NCBI GenBank assembly: GCA_947307445.1
Contig: CAMZJD010000001.1
Location: forward strand, 1-48,357
DNA length: 48,357 nt
From: an uncultured Candidatus Saccharibacteria bacterium
GTDB lineage: Bacteria; Patescibacteriota; Saccharimonadia; Saccharimonadales; Saccharimonadaceae
Reading direction: 5' to 3'
The notes under the pieces are model-generated. The model saw only the letters and a program-made list of their open reading frames with translations, had not been told where the DNA came from and ran no database searches. Position numbers and translations under genes: made by a program. Below are positions 8,254 through 16,657 of this stretch, one piece after another (position 1 is the first letter of the stretch; the number at the start of each line of letters is the position of its first letter).

Positions 8254-8260
8254 TTATAAT
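8232..8260 (+). promoter_or_regulatory. Promoter TTGACT-17-TATAAT for ORF 8318..8755
   Basis: ttgact (8232-8237), a 17-nt spacer, then tataat (8255-8260). Confidence 0.6.
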
Positions 8261-8317
8261 TAAATTAAACTGCTAGAGCAAATCAGAAAAACCATAATTT
8301 AAACAAGGAAAAGCCAC

Positions 8318-8755
8318 ATGAAAAATATTATTTATTTTGATGCCAGCGACGCGACCAAATTTGACCTCGACCGCTTTGTAAAATCGTTAAATACTTATGC
8401 CAAAGTCCCAAAATCCGAGATTGAGGCCGCTCTTAAAGATCTAGATAATTACGAAAATCTTCACGTTAGCCGCCTCGTCGAAACCGGTGCCGCGCTAATT
8501 GCCAAGAATAGCGACCTCGAGACTGCCAAAACCTATATCGACGCGCATGACCAGTATTTCGGCAGTAAGTTTGAGCGCCTCCGCCGCATTACTGGCTATC
8601 TTGTCGGCACGCTTGATCGCTGGAATGATGGTAAGAAAGCCGAAGAAGCTGCGCGCGTGAAACATTCTGTTAATTCTTGCATTGATGATGCTATGCGCCA
8701 GAGTCGCCTTGAGGAGCAAGCCGTCATGCATAACGTGGCCTACGCTCGCGCTTAA
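8318..8755 (+). CDS. Mini NrdD-like protein: degenerate ATP-cone-like N-terminus plus class III RNR glycyl-radical C-terminal loop, no catalytic barrel
   Basis: The C-terminus RRITGYLVGTLDRWNDGKKAEEAARVKH aligns to the NrdD C-terminus RRVCGYLGSPDARPFNAGKQEEVKRRVKH (E. coli, from memory). NrdR-like boxes lie upstream. Only 145 aa and no Cys4 ribbon. Confidence 0.6.
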   Translation: MKNIIYFDASDATKFDLDRFVKSLNTYAKVPKSEIEAALKDLDNYENLHVSRLVETGAALIAKNSDLETAKTYIDAHDQYFGSKFERLRRITGYLVGTLDRWNDGKKAEEAARVKHSVNSCIDDAMRQSRLEEQAVMHNVAYARA

Positions 8756-8781
8756 CACTACATAGTCAGTTAATATCTTAA

Positions 8782-8803
8782 ACACCGCTAGTCATAGCGG
8801 TGT
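8782..8803 (+). terminator. Intrinsic terminator
   Basis: acaccgcta/gtca/tagcggtgt followed by tttg. Confidence 0.7.
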
Positions 8804-8827
8804 TTTGATGATAGAATAATAAGTACT

Positions 8828-10129
8828 ATGTTAGATATAAATTATATCCGTGCGAATCGCCAACAGGTTGAGAACGCCATAAAAAACAAGGGCTGCGACG
8901 TAGACCTTGCTGAGGTGTTGAAGCTTGATGACGAGCGCAAGAGTCTATCGCAGAAAATTGACGGCTTGCGGCAAGCACGCAACCAAATCTCTGCGCAGAT
9001 GAAAAACGGTAAGCCGGATCAGAAATTGATCGCCGAGGGCAAATCACTCAAAGAGGAGATTTCCACCCTTGAATCCGAACTGTCCGAGATTGAGCCCAAA
9101 TATCTAACTTTGCTCAAGCAAGTACCAAATGTCCCAACCGACGATGTTCCAGTTGGCCTCTCTGAAGATGAAAACCAGGTCGCCGAAGTTGTCGGTGAGC
9201 CAACTAAGTTTAATTTTGAGCCCAAAAATCACTATGAAATCGGCGTTGCTCGCGATTGGATTGACAAGGAGCGTGCCGCTAAAGTGTCTGGCTCTCGTTT
9301 CGCCTATATTAAAGGTGATATGGTTAAACTCCAGATGGCCATTGTAAATTTCGTCATGAACAGCCTCTCCGACGAAGGCGTGATTGCTGAAATTATTAAG
9401 AAAAACAAACTCACTGGTCTCTCTACGAAGCCATTTACACTCGTGTTACCACCACTTATGCTTCGTACCGAGATGTATGACGCTATGGATCGCCTTGAGC
9501 CACGTGAGGACCGTTACAAGATTGAAGGCGACGAGCTTTGGCTACAAGGTAGTGCCGAGCATGTGCTTGGTTCTATGCATGCCAATGAGATTTTCAATGA
9601 AAAAGAACTCCCGGTGCGTTATCTGGGTTATGCTACTTCCTTCCGCCAAGAGGCCGGTACCTACGGCAAAGATATGGAGGGCATTATCCGCATGCACCAA
9701 TTTGACAAACTTGAGATGGAGAGTTTCTCCACCAAGGAAACCAGCCGCAAGGAGCACGAGCTTTTCGTTGCTATCCAACGTTGGCTGATTGAACAACTTC
9801 AGCTTCCATACCGCGTGATTCGCAAATGTACTTTCGATATCGGCAAGCCAGACGCTCGTGGTATCGATATGGAAGTTTGGCTCCCAGGCCAAAATAAGTA
9901 CCGCGAAACTCACACTGCAGATTATATGACCGACTACCAGTCGCGCCGTCTGAATACTCGCGTACGCCGCGAAGACGGTGAGGTAGAGCTCGTACATACC
10001 AACGATGCTACCGCTTTTGCGCTCGGCCGTATTATGATTGCTGTAATTGAGAATTACCAAAACGAGGACATGACGGTTCGTGTGCCAGAAGTTTTGCGTA
10101 AATATTTGGATGGAAAGGAGATCCTCTAA
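8828..10129 (+). CDS. serS: Seryl-tRNA synthetase
   Basis: 433 aa. MLDINYIR N-terminal coiled-coil arm, then class II core motifs (FRQEAG, GSAEH, TNDATAFALGR). Confidence 0.92.
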   Translation: MLDINYIRANRQQVENAIKNKGCDVDLAEVLKLDDERKSLSQKIDGLRQARNQISAQMKNGKPDQKLIAEGKSLKEEISTLESELSEIEPKYLTLLKQVPNVPTDDVPVGLSEDENQVAEVVGEPTKFNFEPKNHYEIGVARDWIDKERAAKVSGSRFAYIKGDMVKLQMAIVNFVMNSLSDEGVIAEIIKKNKLTGLSTKPFTLVLPPLMLRTEMYDAMDRLEPREDRYKIEGDELWLQGSAEHVLGSMHANEIFNEKELPVRYLGYATSFRQEAGTYGKDMEGIIRMHQFDKLEMESFSTKETSRKEHELFVAIQRWLIEQLQLPYRVIRKCTFDIGKPDARGIDMEVWLPGQNKYRETHTADYMTDYQSRRLNTRVRREDGEVELVHTNDATAFALGRIMIAVIENYQNEDMTVRVPEVLRKYLDGKEIL

Positions 10130-10130
10130 T

Positions 10131-10487
10131 ATGATTGAAAATATCGACATCAGTGGCTCTAACTACAAGGTAGAAGAGAGCTTCCAGAAGTATGTCCATA
10201 AGCGTATCGGCAAACTCGATCGCTATCTGCCACGCAATAACCGCAAAGATGTCGTAGCTAAAGTCGTCGTGACGCAAGTCAACCGCGACCATGGCAACAA
10301 ATACGAAATTTCCGCCACGTTGGATATCCCAGGTGGTAAAGTATTAAACGCTAAGGAAGAATCCTCCAACGTTTTCGCTGGTGTTGATATCCTTGAAGCG
10401 AAACTCATGGGACAAATCCGTCGTTTTAAGACCGAAAAAATTAATTATGACAAGAAAGGATTTCTCAAGCGCTTTTTGAAGAAATAA
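10131..10487 (+). CDS. hpf: Ribosome hibernation promoting factor, short form (RaiA/HPF family)
   Basis: ATG 10131 after aaggag, 1 nt after the serS stop. MIENIDISGSNYKVEESFQKYVHKRIGKLDRY fits the family. The track's earlier start at 10080 overlaps serS. Confidence 0.8.
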   Translation: MIENIDISGSNYKVEESFQKYVHKRIGKLDRYLPRNNRKDVVAKVVVTQVNRDHGNKYEISATLDIPGGKVLNAKEESSNVFAGVDILEAKLMGQIRRFKTEKINYDKKGFLKRFLKK

Positions 10488-10493
10488 GCCGCG

Positions 10494-10502
10494 TGATATA
10501 CT
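10494..10502 (+). promoter_or_regulatory. Extended -10 (TGaTATACT) 6 nt before the secA ATG
   Basis: gtgatatact-aagacg-atg, with no SD. This is a leaderless geometry. Confidence 0.45.
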
Positions 10503-10508
10503 AAGACG

Positions 10509-13448
10509 ATGAATAAGAAGAGGTCCGATGATCAGAAGAGGGTGGCTGCAAAATCAAAGCACGTAGAAGAAAAAGCGTCCAAAAAGGCGCCAAAAGTTGC
10601 CCCTACCAAAAAACCGAAAAAAGAGAAGAAACCAACCGACAAACTCGCCGACAAATCTGGCATGACCATCTTTTTACAACACATTTTTGGTGATGCTCAG
10701 AAGCGCACTTTACATCGGTTGGCTAAGCGCGTAGACGAGATTAACAAGCTCGCGCCGAAGTATTCCGAAATGAGCAAAAAAGAGCTTCAGGAACAGACCG
10801 AGAAGCTCAAGAGCAAGCTTAAAAAACTCCAAAAGCAAGACGAAGCTCGCCTAGCTATTGCTAAGGTTAAAGGCGCCAAGAATGCCGATAAGGAAGATCG
10901 TAAGGCCGCCAAAAAAACCAAGAAGGAAGATCGTAAAGCTAAAATTGCCGAGGCAAACCGCGCTCTTGATAAGATTTTACCTGACGCTTTCGCACTTGTG
11001 CGTGAAGCTTCCGATCGCGTCCTCAAGCTCCGTCCATTCGATGTTCAGCTCATTGGCGGTATCGTCCTCCATGAAGGCAATGTGGCCGAGATGAAGACTG
11101 GTGAGGGTAAAACTCTCGTGGCTACCTTGCCGGTGTACCTCAACGCTTTAACCGGTCGTGGCGTGCATGTTGTTACTGTTAACGATTACCTCGCACAGCG
11201 CGACGCCGGCTGGATGGGCGAACTTTATGATTTCCTCGGTCTAACCGTAGGTGTCATTATTAACGAAGCTAGCTTTACTTACGACCGTGATTATGTCAAC
11301 GAAGATCATGACGATGAGCGCATGCGTCATCTCAAGCCTTGCACTCGTAAGGAAGCTTACCAGTGCGATGTCACTTATGGCACGAACAATGAGTTCGGTT
11401 TCGACTACCTTCGTGACAACATGGTCCAAGATGCCCAATATCTCCGCCAGCGCGAACTTAACTTCGCCATCGTAGATGAGGTGGACTCCATCTTAATTGA
11501 TGAAGCCCGCACGCCGTTGATTATTTCTGCGCCAGCTGCCGACAACCCAGAGAGCTACTATCAGTTCGCCAAGGTTTGCGCTCAGCTTAGTGATGAGGAC
11601 TACGTCGTCGATGAAAAGCGCCGCACGGTTGCTTTAACCGACGTTGGCGTCGAAAAAGTCCAAAAGATTCTCGGTATCGATACGCTTTATTCCACCGAAA
11701 ATACCCGTATTGTATATCATCTCGAACAAGCCCTTCGTGCCGAAACGCTATTCAAGCGCGATAAAGATTATGTCGTGACGAATTCCGGCGAAGTTATCAT
11801 CGTTGATGAACATACTGGTCGTTTGATGCATGGCCGCCGCTACAACGAAGGTCTCCATCAGGCCATCGAGGCTAAAGAAGGCGTCCAAGTTCGCGAAGAG
11901 TCTATGACGCTCGCTACGGTTTCCTTCCAGAACTTCTTCCGTCTTTATGACAAGCTTTCCGGCATGACCGGTACGGCTTTCACCGAGGCAGAGGAGTTCC
12001 AGCAGATTTATGCGCTTGATGTAATTCAGATTCCACCGAACAAGCCAATTATCCGTGTCGATAAAGACGATCTCATCTATCGCACCGAAGCTGCTAAGCT
12101 TAAAGCGATTGCCGCTGAGGTCAAGAAATATCATGAGCGTGGTCAGCCAGTCTTGATTGGTTCTGATTCCATTGCTAACAACGAACGCATTGCTGCCTAT
12201 CTTGAACAAGAAGGCATTCCGTTTGAGCTATTAAACGCTAAGAATAACGAGCGTGAGGCTGCCATTATCGCCAAAGCCGGTGAGAAAGGCGCTGTCACCT
12301 TAGCTACTAACATGGCTGGTCGTGGTACCGATATTAAGCTCGCGCCAGGCGTTGCCAAACTCGGTGGCCTCGTGGTCATCGGTACGGCGCGTCATGATTC
12401 TCGCCGCGTTGATAACCAGCTCCGTGGTCGTGGTGGCCGCCAGGGTGATCCAGGCACCACTCAATTCTTCGTATCTTGTGAGGACGACCTCATGCGCATC
12501 TTCCAGGGTGACCGCATCGCTATGATTATGCAACGCCTCGGCGTAGATGACGATATGCCAATTCAGAACAAGACCGTCAGCAAGACACTTGAAAATGCTC
12601 AGAAACGCATTGAAGGCTTCAACTTCGATTCCCGCAAGAACGTCGTTCAGTACGATAACGTAATTAACCGTCACCGCAAGGTGGTTTACACCATGCGCCG
12701 CAAGATTCTCGATGGCGACAATATCCGCCCAGAGATTACACGCCTTTACAAAGACGAAATTGCCGAACTCGTTCAGTTTAGCTCCCGCGTGAACAAGAAA
12801 TTTGCCGAAAACTTCAAACGCGTCTTTGACCTCGACGATGATCTGATTGATACCATCGGTTTGATGCGCAAAGAGAAAGATCGCTACAAACTCGCTCTTG
12901 CTGCTGTGGAAGAAATGTATCACGACAAAGAAATCGAATTCGGCGAGGAAACCATGCGCAAGGCTGAACGTGAAATTTACCTCAACGTGCTTGATACACT
13001 TTGGATGCAACATCTCGAGAATATGCAGCATCTGCGCGAAGGTATCCACTGGCGTTCTGTTGGCCAGCGCGATCCGCTCGTAGAATATCGCTCTGAGTCG
13101 CAGAAACTCTTTGATGGTTTGCAGCGCGCTCTCCGCGAGGAAGTTATGCATATCTTGCTCAACCTTAAGATGCAAGATGTCAGCGAAGTTGCCGACGACA
13201 AATATGAGACCGAGCTCACCAAGATGGCTGATAGCGCCACCAACAAGGGTGTAAACGAAGTTTCTGCTGGCGTTAAGAACATGGATGATGAATTTGCCAA
13301 AGATGAGCATGGCATCAGCAAGCCGGTCGAAAAGACCAGCGCTCCAGCGCATGCCACGGGCAAAAATACCAACCGCAACGCTAAGCGTAATGCCGCCCGT
13401 AAGTCCAAGAAGAAGGCTCGCCAGAACAAGAAGAAAGGCCGCCGCTAG
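10509..13448 (+). CDS. secA: Preprotein translocase ATPase SecA with Lys-rich N-extension, Lys-rich insertion and Lys/Arg-rich C-tail
   Basis: 979 aa. The canonical SecA N-terminus begins near residue 52 (MTIFLQHIFGD..). MKTGEGKTL Walker A, VNDYLA and DEVDSILIDEARTPLIIS are present. No C-terminal Cys/His zinc motif. Confidence 0.93.
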   Translation: MNKKRSDDQKRVAAKSKHVEEKASKKAPKVAPTKKPKKEKKPTDKLADKSGMTIFLQHIFGDAQKRTLHRLAKRVDEINKLAPKYSEMSKKELQEQTEKLKSKLKKLQKQDEARLAIAKVKGAKNADKEDRKAAKKTKKEDRKAKIAEANRALDKILPDAFALVREASDRVLKLRPFDVQLIGGIVLHEGNVAEMKTGEGKTLVATLPVYLNALTGRGVHVVTVNDYLAQRDAGWMGELYDFLGLTVGVIINEASFTYDRDYVNEDHDDERMRHLKPCTRKEAYQCDVTYGTNNEFGFDYLRDNMVQDAQYLRQRELNFAIVDEVDSILIDEARTPLIISAPAADNPESYYQFAKVCAQLSDEDYVVDEKRRTVALTDVGVEKVQKILGIDTLYSTENTRIVYHLEQALRAETLFKRDKDYVVTNSGEVIIVDEHTGRLMHGRRYNEGLHQAIEAKEGVQVREESMTLATVSFQNFFRLYDKLSGMTGTAFTEAEEFQQIYALDVIQIPPNKPIIRVDKDDLIYRTEAAKLKAIAAEVKKYHERGQPVLIGSDSIANNERIAAYLEQEGIPFELLNAKNNEREAAIIAKAGEKGAVTLATNMAGRGTDIKLAPGVAKLGGLVVIGTARHDSRRVDNQLRGRGGRQGDPGTTQFFVSCEDDLMRIFQGDRIAMIMQRLGVDDDMPIQNKTVSKTLENAQKRIEGFNFDSRKNVVQYDNVINRHRKVVYTMRRKILDGDNIRPEITRLYKDEIAELVQFSSRVNKKFAENFKRVFDLDDDLIDTIGLMRKEKDRYKLALAAVEEMYHDKEIEFGEETMRKAEREIYLNVLDTLWMQHLENMQHLREGIHWRSVGQRDPLVEYRSESQKLFDGLQRALREEVMHILLNLKMQDVSEVADDKYETELTKMADSATNKGVNEVSAGVKNMDDEFAKDEHGISKPVEKTSAPAHATGKNTNRNAKRNAARKSKKKARQNKKKGRR

Positions 13449-13496
13449 TAATAACCCAGAACGCGACCACCAATGGCCGCGTTCTTGTCTATACCT

Positions 13497-14774
13497 ATGA
13501 AACATACTATTGAAGAAGTACATCTTAAATCTGGCGCTCATGGGCTCTTGATTGATGCGCCGGGTTCAAGCGTCCTTAGCATTAAAATCATCTTTCGCGC
13601 CGGCAATAAATTCGTCAAAAAGCCCGAGATATACGAAGTTGCCCATTTAATGGAACATATGGCTTTTGGCCGCAATGCCGAATATAAAGATGAGCAAGCC
13701 TACGAATCCGAATTCACTAAAAACGGTGCCTATCACAACGCCTGGACTTCAGATTGTTTTATCGCCTACGAGGCAGAATGCGCCGATTTTGAGTGGGATC
13801 GTATCCTAAAACTTCAAGAGCTCGCCGTGGCGAAGCCAAAATTCAACGAAGAAGAACTAAACTCCGAGAAGGGGAATGTTCGCTCTGAATTAACTGGTTA
13901 TCAAAATGATTATTCGCGCTTAATTTGGCCAAAACTTCAGCAAGAATTAGGTGAAAAAGTCCTTACTTACGGCGAACGTCTTAAAACGATAAACAACATC
14001 GAGCTCAAAGACGTCCGCGAGCATCATCGTCGCACGCATACCGCCGCTAATATGCAGTTTATTATTTGCGGCAACCTTCGCCTGCGTAAGAAAAAAATCG
14101 TTCAGATGCTTGAAGAATGGGATTTGAAGCCAGGCGAACGTTTCGAGGTACCGATGAGCATTTATGAAGGTACGGACCCAATATTGATTCGTCGCAAAGA
14201 CGCCTCAAATGTCTGTTTTGGTTTCTCGTTCATTATTCCGCGTTCACTTGAACCCCGCGAAAAATATGCCATGGAATGTCTGAATCATATCCTAAATGGC
14301 ACGATGAGCAGCAAGATTTTCGGCGCCGCTCGTCGCCGCGGCATCGTCTATGGCATCGGTTCTAACACGGATAGCGATAAGTGGAGTAGTACTTGGGACT
14401 TTGATGGCGAAGTAAACCATGAAAATGCCGCCGAATTGTTTGATCTAATCGCTGTAGAGCTTGCTAAAGTTATTAATGGCGATATTAGTGAAGCGGATAT
14501 TAATGCCGCCAAGACTTATGCGCTTGGACGCCATCAAATGTTGGCGCAAACCGCCGACCAGATTAGTGCATACTATATGCGCGACTACATTACTACTGGT
14601 ACCTTTGAGCCAATGAGTGAAGCGCCAAAAATGATTGAGGCTATTGATAAGAGTACCATCGTGAGCTTGGCGCGCGAATTTATGCAATCTGGTATTTCCG
14701 GTCTTGCTGCCGTTGGCAACATGAATAAATCTGTTGTCGATGAGCTCTGGTCGCGCGTTCTTGGCGCTATCTGA
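13497..14774 (+). CDS. M16 (pitrilysin/insulinase) family zinc peptidase
   Basis: HLMEH is the inverted zincin motif HxxEH. Track start 13473 lies inside the hairpin agaacgcg..cgcgttct (13458-13485) after secA, so ATG 13497 is preferred. Confidence 0.8.
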   Translation: MKHTIEEVHLKSGAHGLLIDAPGSSVLSIKIIFRAGNKFVKKPEIYEVAHLMEHMAFGRNAEYKDEQAYESEFTKNGAYHNAWTSDCFIAYEAECADFEWDRILKLQELAVAKPKFNEEELNSEKGNVRSELTGYQNDYSRLIWPKLQQELGEKVLTYGERLKTINNIELKDVREHHRRTHTAANMQFIICGNLRLRKKKIVQMLEEWDLKPGERFEVPMSIYEGTDPILIRRKDASNVCFGFSFIIPRSLEPREKYAMECLNHILNGTMSSKIFGAARRRGIVYGIGSNTDSDKWSSTWDFDGEVNHENAAELFDLIAVELAKVINGDISEADINAAKTYALGRHQMLAQTADQISAYYMRDYITTGTFEPMSEAPKMIEAIDKSTIVSLAREFMQSGISGLAAVGNMNKSVVDELWSRVLGAI

Positions 14775-14780
14775 TATAAT
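14772..14780 (+). promoter_or_regulatory. Extended -10 (TGaTATAAT) 7 nt before ATG 14788
   Basis: ctgatataat-aagcgta-atg. Confidence 0.45.
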
Positions 14781-14787
14781 AAGCGTA

Positions 14788-15360
14788 ATGGATAATAAAG
14801 ACGTCAAAATCGTTGCCATTGTTGGGATGTGTGGCAGCGGCAAATCAACCGCCATCGAGTATCTTACCGAGCGCGGAATCCCGAAAGTATACTTTGGCGG
14901 CGTAATCTTAAACGCCATTAAAGAAGCTGGGGAAGAGATTACTCCAGAAACCGAGAAAAAATTCCGTGAAGGCCTCCGCGAAAAAGAGGGCAAGGATTTT
15001 GTCGTAAAACGCGTCGTAGAGAGCACTAAGAAGCTCATTGAAGCCGGCCAAAAACGTATCGTTCTTGACGGCCTCTATAGTTGGACCGAGTATAAAATTT
15101 TGCGCAAAGAATTCCCGAATGAGATGACCGTGGTAGCTATCGTGTTGCCAAAGGCTTTGCGCCGCAAACGCCTTGCCGAACGTCCAGAGCGCCCATTTAC
15201 CGCTCAGCAAGTTGCTGAACGCGACACTAGTGAAATCGAAAATCTCGAAAAAGGTGGCCCAATTGCCATTGCTGATTACTATGTCGACAATTCTGGCACC
15301 ATTCCAGAGTTCCACGAGAGATTCGGCCAATTAATGAAAGAAATTAAATTCATTGACTAA
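14788..15360 (+). CDS. P-loop nucleotide kinase-like protein (dephospho-CoA kinase / UPF0200-like)
   Basis: VAIVGMCGSGKST Walker A close to the N-terminus, ~190 aa. The track's start at 14734 overlaps the preceding gene. Confidence 0.55.
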   Translation: MDNKDVKIVAIVGMCGSGKSTAIEYLTERGIPKVYFGGVILNAIKEAGEEITPETEKKFREGLREKEGKDFVVKRVVESTKKLIEAGQKRIVLDGLYSWTEYKILRKEFPNEMTVVAIVLPKALRRKRLAERPERPFTAQQVAERDTSEIENLEKGGPIAIADYYVDNSGTIPEFHERFGQLMKEIKFID

Positions 15361-15944
15361 TGGCCGCCGACTTACAGATTCCAGATCGCGAAACAGAGCT
15401 ATTGTTAGCTGAACTCGCCAAAACCGCCGACATTCCCGGCGATGTGGTGGAGTTTGGCTGCTATGAAGGAGATACTTCAATTCAGCTCGCCAATGCCATG
15501 CGTAATCATCCCGACAAGTGGCTTTATCTTTATGATTCTTTTGAGGGTCTACCAGCCAAAACCGCTGCCGATCAATCGGCTGACGGTTGGCGTTTCAAAG
15601 AGGGTGAGTTAAAAGCTTCGCCAGATACTGTGGCGCATAAGTTCAAAAAATACCAATTACCTGAGCCAGTTATTGTTAAGGGGTGGTTTAATGAGTTGAC
15701 TGCCGACGATTTGCCGGCCCAAATATCATTTGCCCTACTTGATGGCGACTTTTATGAGTCAATCAAGACTAGTTTCGCGCTCGTGGCACCACGTTTGAAC
15801 CCTCATGGCATCATAGCTGTGCACGATTATCGCAACGCCGCATTGCCAGGCAGCGCCAAGGCCGTAGCCGAATTCTTATCAGCGCATCAAAATGATTACG
15901 ATTTGCGTCTAGCTGGCACTATGGCAATCCTAGTGAAGCACTAG
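15360..15944 (+). CDS. Class I SAM-dependent methyltransferase, TylF/MycF-like
   Basis: VVEFGCYEGDTS, LYDSFEGLP and LLDGDFYES...GIIAVHDY fit the TylF family pattern. TAATG overlap with the upstream gene. Confidence 0.7.
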   Translation: MAADLQIPDRETELLLAELAKTADIPGDVVEFGCYEGDTSIQLANAMRNHPDKWLYLYDSFEGLPAKTAADQSADGWRFKEGELKASPDTVAHKFKKYQLPEPVIVKGWFNELTADDLPAQISFALLDGDFYESIKTSFALVAPRLNPHGIIAVHDYRNAALPGSAKAVAEFLSAHQNDYDLRLAGTMAILVKH

Positions 15945-16592
15945 ATAAATAGCCAATATTACTAGTAGGTGAGCTGGGTAATAGAAGTAATTAAGCCGAT
16001 ATGGAATGCGGCGACCTTTTTCGCCGCTATAGAGCGCCAGAGGAATGATGGCTAATGCGGAATAGGCTTGCAGCCACCAATGGCTATTAATTGCGGTGGC
16101 GAAAGCGAATAACCCCGTAGCAATCGTTAAAGTTATGGCATAAGTAACATGGAAATCGCGCAAATTACAAATGAAATAATAGGCCACAATTAAGATAATA
16201 GCCGGAGCTCCATATTCGAAATCAAACAGATAAGCTGCCACGGCGAGCGCGGCTACCCCCAGCCAGTTAATCCCCCCACGCTCCGCACAAAGCATCGCGA
16301 TAAAGCCCAGCACGAAGGTCATTACGACATTGATCGATAACACGTGGCCAGTATAATGGCGTAAAGCAATAAAAACTAACTCCGATACGACTGCTAGAAT
16401 ACCTAGGCGCATGAAGTATTTTTGACGCGATGAAGTATGAATAAAACCTTCCGCCAAAGTGAAAGCAAAAATCGGCATCGCAATGCGGCCGATTATTCGG
16501 AACACGCTATATTGTGGCAAAAGATACAGCCCAATATGGTCAATCGTCATCGCGATCATCATAATCCACTGAAGAGCGGCAGAACTTAACAT
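15930..16592 (-). CDS. TraX family membrane protein
   Basis: LQWIMMIAMTIDHIG at the N-terminus and multiple TM helices. A 15-nt convergent overlap with the methyltransferase gene. Confidence 0.65.
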   Translation of the reverse strand: MLSSAALQWIMMIAMTIDHIGLYLLPQYSVFRIIGRIAMPIFAFTLAEGFIHTSSRQKYFMRLGILAVVSELVFIALRHYTGHVLSINVVMTFVLGFIAMLCAERGGINWLGVAALAVAAYLFDFEYGAPAIILIVAYYFICNLRDFHVTYAITLTIATGLFAFATAINSHWWLQAYSALAIIPLALYSGEKGRRIPYRLNYFYYPAHLLVILAIYLVLH

Positions 16593-16598
16593 GCCTCT

Positions 16599-16607
16599 AT
16601 CTTAGCA
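16599..16607 (-). promoter_or_regulatory. Extended -10 (TGcTAAGAT) 6 nt before the traX-like ATG
   Basis: Minus strand reads tgctaagat-agaggc-atg. Confidence 0.45.
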
Positions 16608-16657
16608 TACTTGCTTATTCTTTTCTTTATAGACATATGTGGTAAAATATGTCCTAA

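Noticed and set aside
13473-13496. Track start codon for the M16 peptidase
   Set aside because: ATG 13473 lies in the loop of the post-secA hairpin (13458-13485), so the next ATG (13497) is preferred. Similar N-terminal trimming was applied to hpf, lepB, ORF 21146, htrA, the FKBP gene, murD, the SGNH gene and the kinase-like gene, based on SD or -10 context.
12300-13541. 413-aa ORF antisense to secA, plus other long antisense ORFs such as 9542..10150 opposite serS, 14445..15038, 24260..24706 and 24802..25308
   Set aside because: The opposite strand encodes unmistakable SecA, SerS, S2 and EF-Ts sequences. The antisense translations are low-complexity with no motifs and no SD or start context. 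They are typical shadow ORFs.
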